In this document: in pieces, positions 60,823 through 64,000 of the stretch
Layout: each line of letters starts with the position of its first letter
Numbering within the stretch: the first letter of the stretch is position 1
Assembly: GCF_009914755.1 (NCBI RefSeq)
Contig: NC_060947.1
Strand: one strand, 5' to 3'
Length of the DNA stretch: 64,000 nt
Source: the human T2T-CHM13v2.0 reference genome, Homo sapiens
The notes under the pieces: model-generated
The model's database searches: none
What the model was told of the DNA's origin: nothing
The model's input: the letters and a program-made list of their open reading frames with translations, nothing else
Program-made: the position numbers and the translations under genes

Positions 60823-63800
60823 GTTGGTACAAGAAGTGGTTCGAGAAAGCAAACACTGTGATGAAATTTTGGAGATGAATCACCTGCTACCCAGCTGTCA
60901 ATGAAGACTCCATCATTGGTGGTAGGTGGAGTAGATAGGCCTCTGGAATAAGGTAGCAGAGGAATTGTTAAAATTTTCAATGGTGGTTAACTGGGTTGGC
61001 ATACTGGTAAAAGGGGACACATTAACTGGTGCCATGTATCAGACCTTTGAGAAATATGGGATATATTAAATATAAGGAAGGCCAGAAAATTGGGCGGCTG
61101 TTGCTAAGCAGATTGAGCTCTGGAAAAGAATAACAAAAAGCTGAATTAAATTAATCAACAATTGAAAGCTATGTTTGAAAGTCAGATGGCTTTATTCATA
61201 ACATATAAAGAGGCTCTCATCTTTTCCAGGTAGAAGGTGGAGAAATCTGAGGAGTAGACTCAGGATTTGTTAAAAGCAAGCTTCAAAGAAAGTTAAAATT
61301 CTAACCAAGACAAGTCTTCTATGCCGAGTTATGTGCCATGGTTAAGAAGGAATGGGACTCTGACACTTGGAATGGGGGACATCTGGATTGATGTCCCTAA
61401 AAATCTTATATCCCCAGATTCCCCTGAGCCCCTTGAGAAGTGTCCTACTCCTCCCTATTAAGGGCCGGCACTCCATCTTGCTTCAATATATGGAATCCTT
61501 TCCCCTGTAAGATAACCTGGGTTTCCCTCAGAATCTGCCCGCACCTCCTATCCTGGCCACTGGGCCTATAACTAGGGTTAAGCCACGCATAATCTAGCTG
61601 GTGATGTGCTGGGTGTAATAAGGAAAGAAAGAGAATACACCAACAAAGAGTTTCGGGACATAACCTAGCCAGCATATACTAGAAGGTGCTGAGGGAGTAA
61701 GTATGGCATCAAATTCTAAGGAGCTTGATCAGGAGGGCTGGAATATAAACTTGAATATGGGAGAATTAATCAATTTGAAAGTGCTTTCCCAGAATACAGG
61801 ATTTAATACCCTGGAGAAAACCACAGGAAATGACACGAACTCATTACTGCGATGGCTCCTCGAAGTATGGAAAAAGCCATGGCGTACATAAAGTGAGGTG
61901 TAAATGCCAGAGTTGCCATAGAAGATGGCGGGAAAAGGGATCAAAGACTCAGAGAGGTGAGAATTATATAATAAACCTATTATGTAAGGCCAGAAAACCC
62001 TCCAGAAGATTATATTCTACAGGAGGATCCAAAGGACAAACCATTTACCAAAGCTATAAGAAATATTCTGGTGAGAGGGACATCAGCATCACTGAGAAGT
62101 TCAGTAGTGGATCTCTTTTGCATGCCAGGGCTCAGAGTAGGAGAGGATCTTATGGAACAAGGATCACTGATAGAAATGATGATGCCTCTGAAACAATAGA
62201 GGCAAGATAGTTGCACTTAACTGTCAGAAGTTAGGCGGATGTAAATACCACAATGCACTGCAGGGTCAGAGTGGCAGGTGGGGAGGCCTGACCTGCAGAG
62301 AGCTATGGAGATGGTTAACAGAACACAGTACCCCTAGTGGGTAGATGGTTAAGAGACAGTTAATAGGACATGGACAGTCAATACAACATAATGTCCTGGG
62401 GGGAAATAGGCAGCCAACAATCTGCACTCTATACAATCAAAAGAAATGAAAGGTGTTCACAGGTTTGAGGGAGGTTGCCTCAATAAAAAGTCATAATTAC
62501 TTATCCAGCTTCTAGTCTCAAGTCAGGTTTTGATCCACAATACATGGTTTGAAAGAAAGGCCGAGTGCCCAGGAAGAAGGACCCTACAACGCATGTGTAG
62601 TAATGATTTCTCTGGTCCTTCCATTTACTCAGGTAACTGTGTACCAAGGAAAGAGAAATACTCGAACATTTTGAGAACAGATGGACACTGGTTCTGAGTT
62701 GATATTGACACCCAGAGACCTAAAGTGTCTTAATTGTCCCCCTTATTAGAATGGGGGCACATGGGAGCCAAGTATTAAGGGGGATCCTGGCCTAGGTAGG
62801 GTTCACAGTGGGCCCACTGAGTTCACAGACCCACTCAGTGGTTATGTTTTTGATCTCTGAATGTATAATTGGAATAGACATAGTTGGTTAGTTGGTACAA
62901 GCCCTATAGTAGTTCTTTGGCCTGTGGAGTCAGAGCTATTTGTAGATGAGAAGGCCAAGTGGAAGCTTCTGAAACTGCCCTCACCTTCCCTGGCCAAGAT
63001 AGTAAATGAAAACATATGGCATCTGTGGAGTGGAGGATGGCAGAAATTATTGCCGCCTTTGAAGACCTAGAGAATGAAGAGGTGTGGTCTCCATCATATC
63101 TTCGTTTAATTCACCAGTTTAATCCCCTGCAAAATGTGGACAGAGCCTAGATGACACTAGACTACTGAAAACTCAGCCAAGTAGTAAGACAATTGCAATG
63201 GCATACCAGACATGATATCTTTGCTACAGCAGAAAGCATGGCCTTAAGTACCTAGTTTTTAGCTATTGATTTAGAAAATGTGTTTTTTTCCCTATCTGTA
63301 TCATAATGGAAAGTTCATATTCACACAGAATGGATAACAGTATGCATACACAGTTTTTCCTCAGTGCTCTACTAACTATCATGTCCTCTGTCATAATATA
63401 GTCTGAAGAGGTCTGGACCACTCGAACATCCTTCAGAATATAGTACTAGTCCACAATGTCTGTGACATCATGCTAATTGGACCAAAATAAGTAGGAAGGG
63501 GCCAGCACATTGGAGGCCTTAGTAAGGCACATGCACTATGGAGAATGGGAGATGAACCCTACAAAGATCCAGGCGGTTGGCCACATTAAGTATAATTTTT
63601 AGGGGTTGAATGGCCTGGGGAATGCTAGAATATCCTCTCAAAGGGAAGGACAAATTAAGGTATTTTTTACCTTCTTCACAGAGAATTTTCTGGAAGTGCA
63701 CTGCCTGGTAGGCCTCTTTGGGTTCTGGAAATATCACATTTCACACCTGGAATTACTGTTTCACCCCATATACTGGGTGACACAAAAAGTGCCAGCTTTG

Positions 63801-63895
63801 AGGAGAACTATAGCAGAACAAGGCCCTATAGCAGGTCCAGGATGCATTTTTAGGCAGTCCTGCCACTTGATGCATACAAGAGACAGTCCTTATGG
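60823..63895 (+). mobile_element. Decayed ERVL-type (HERV16/ERV3-16A3-like) internal gag-pro-pol
   Basis: Gag-like NSLLRWLLEVWKKPW; protease D-T-G-S-E at 62684; RT remnants AIDLENVFF (~63262), VHNVCDIMLIG (~63449), LVGLFGFWKYHISHL; many stops. Confidence 0.8.
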
Positions 63896-63898
63896 TAC

Positions 63899-64000
63899 TG
63901 ATTCAGGTGAACTCCAAAAGTGGGGCTTAGCCCGGGAGGGTTCTTGGCTTCACTCAGGAAAGAATTCAAGAGCAAGCTGACGGTAAAAGAAGGCAAGTTT
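63899..64000 (-). mobile_element. 3' end of an antisense ERV1 LTR, related to the LTR at 31888
   Basis: ggggcttagcccgggagggttcttggcttc...gaattcaag closely resembles the reverse complement of 32256-32300. Confidence 0.7.

Overview
This is primate DNA, almost certainly human Xq22.1, containing the ARMCX4 gene. The first ~46 kb is dense transposon debris: L1s of several ages, about 28 Alus in the whole window, MaLR/ERV1 LTRs, MER/MIR/L2 elements, and two processed pseudogenes (PPIA, HMGN1-like). A CpG-rich promoter at ~47.2-48.0 kb is followed by several short, mutually homologous 5' exons. One large coding exon follows (ATG 50754, stop 58052, 2432 aa: N-terminal TM anchor, 40-aa tandem repeats, GSW/DQ repeats, an 88-unit coding hexamer VNTR, C-terminal armadillo-like domain), with AATAAA at 58365. 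A decayed LTR16/ERVL-type provirus fills the last 3.5 kb. Most notable observations: (1) the long GGGGCT/GAGGCT coding VNTR, apparently much longer than in the reference protein as I recall it; (2) the duplicated 5' cassette exons, which splice into a frame continuous with the CDS and carry competing uORFs; (3) a young L1 truncated at both ends that still has an A-tail and a candidate TSD. Repeat subfamily names and boundaries come from visual recognition and are approximate.
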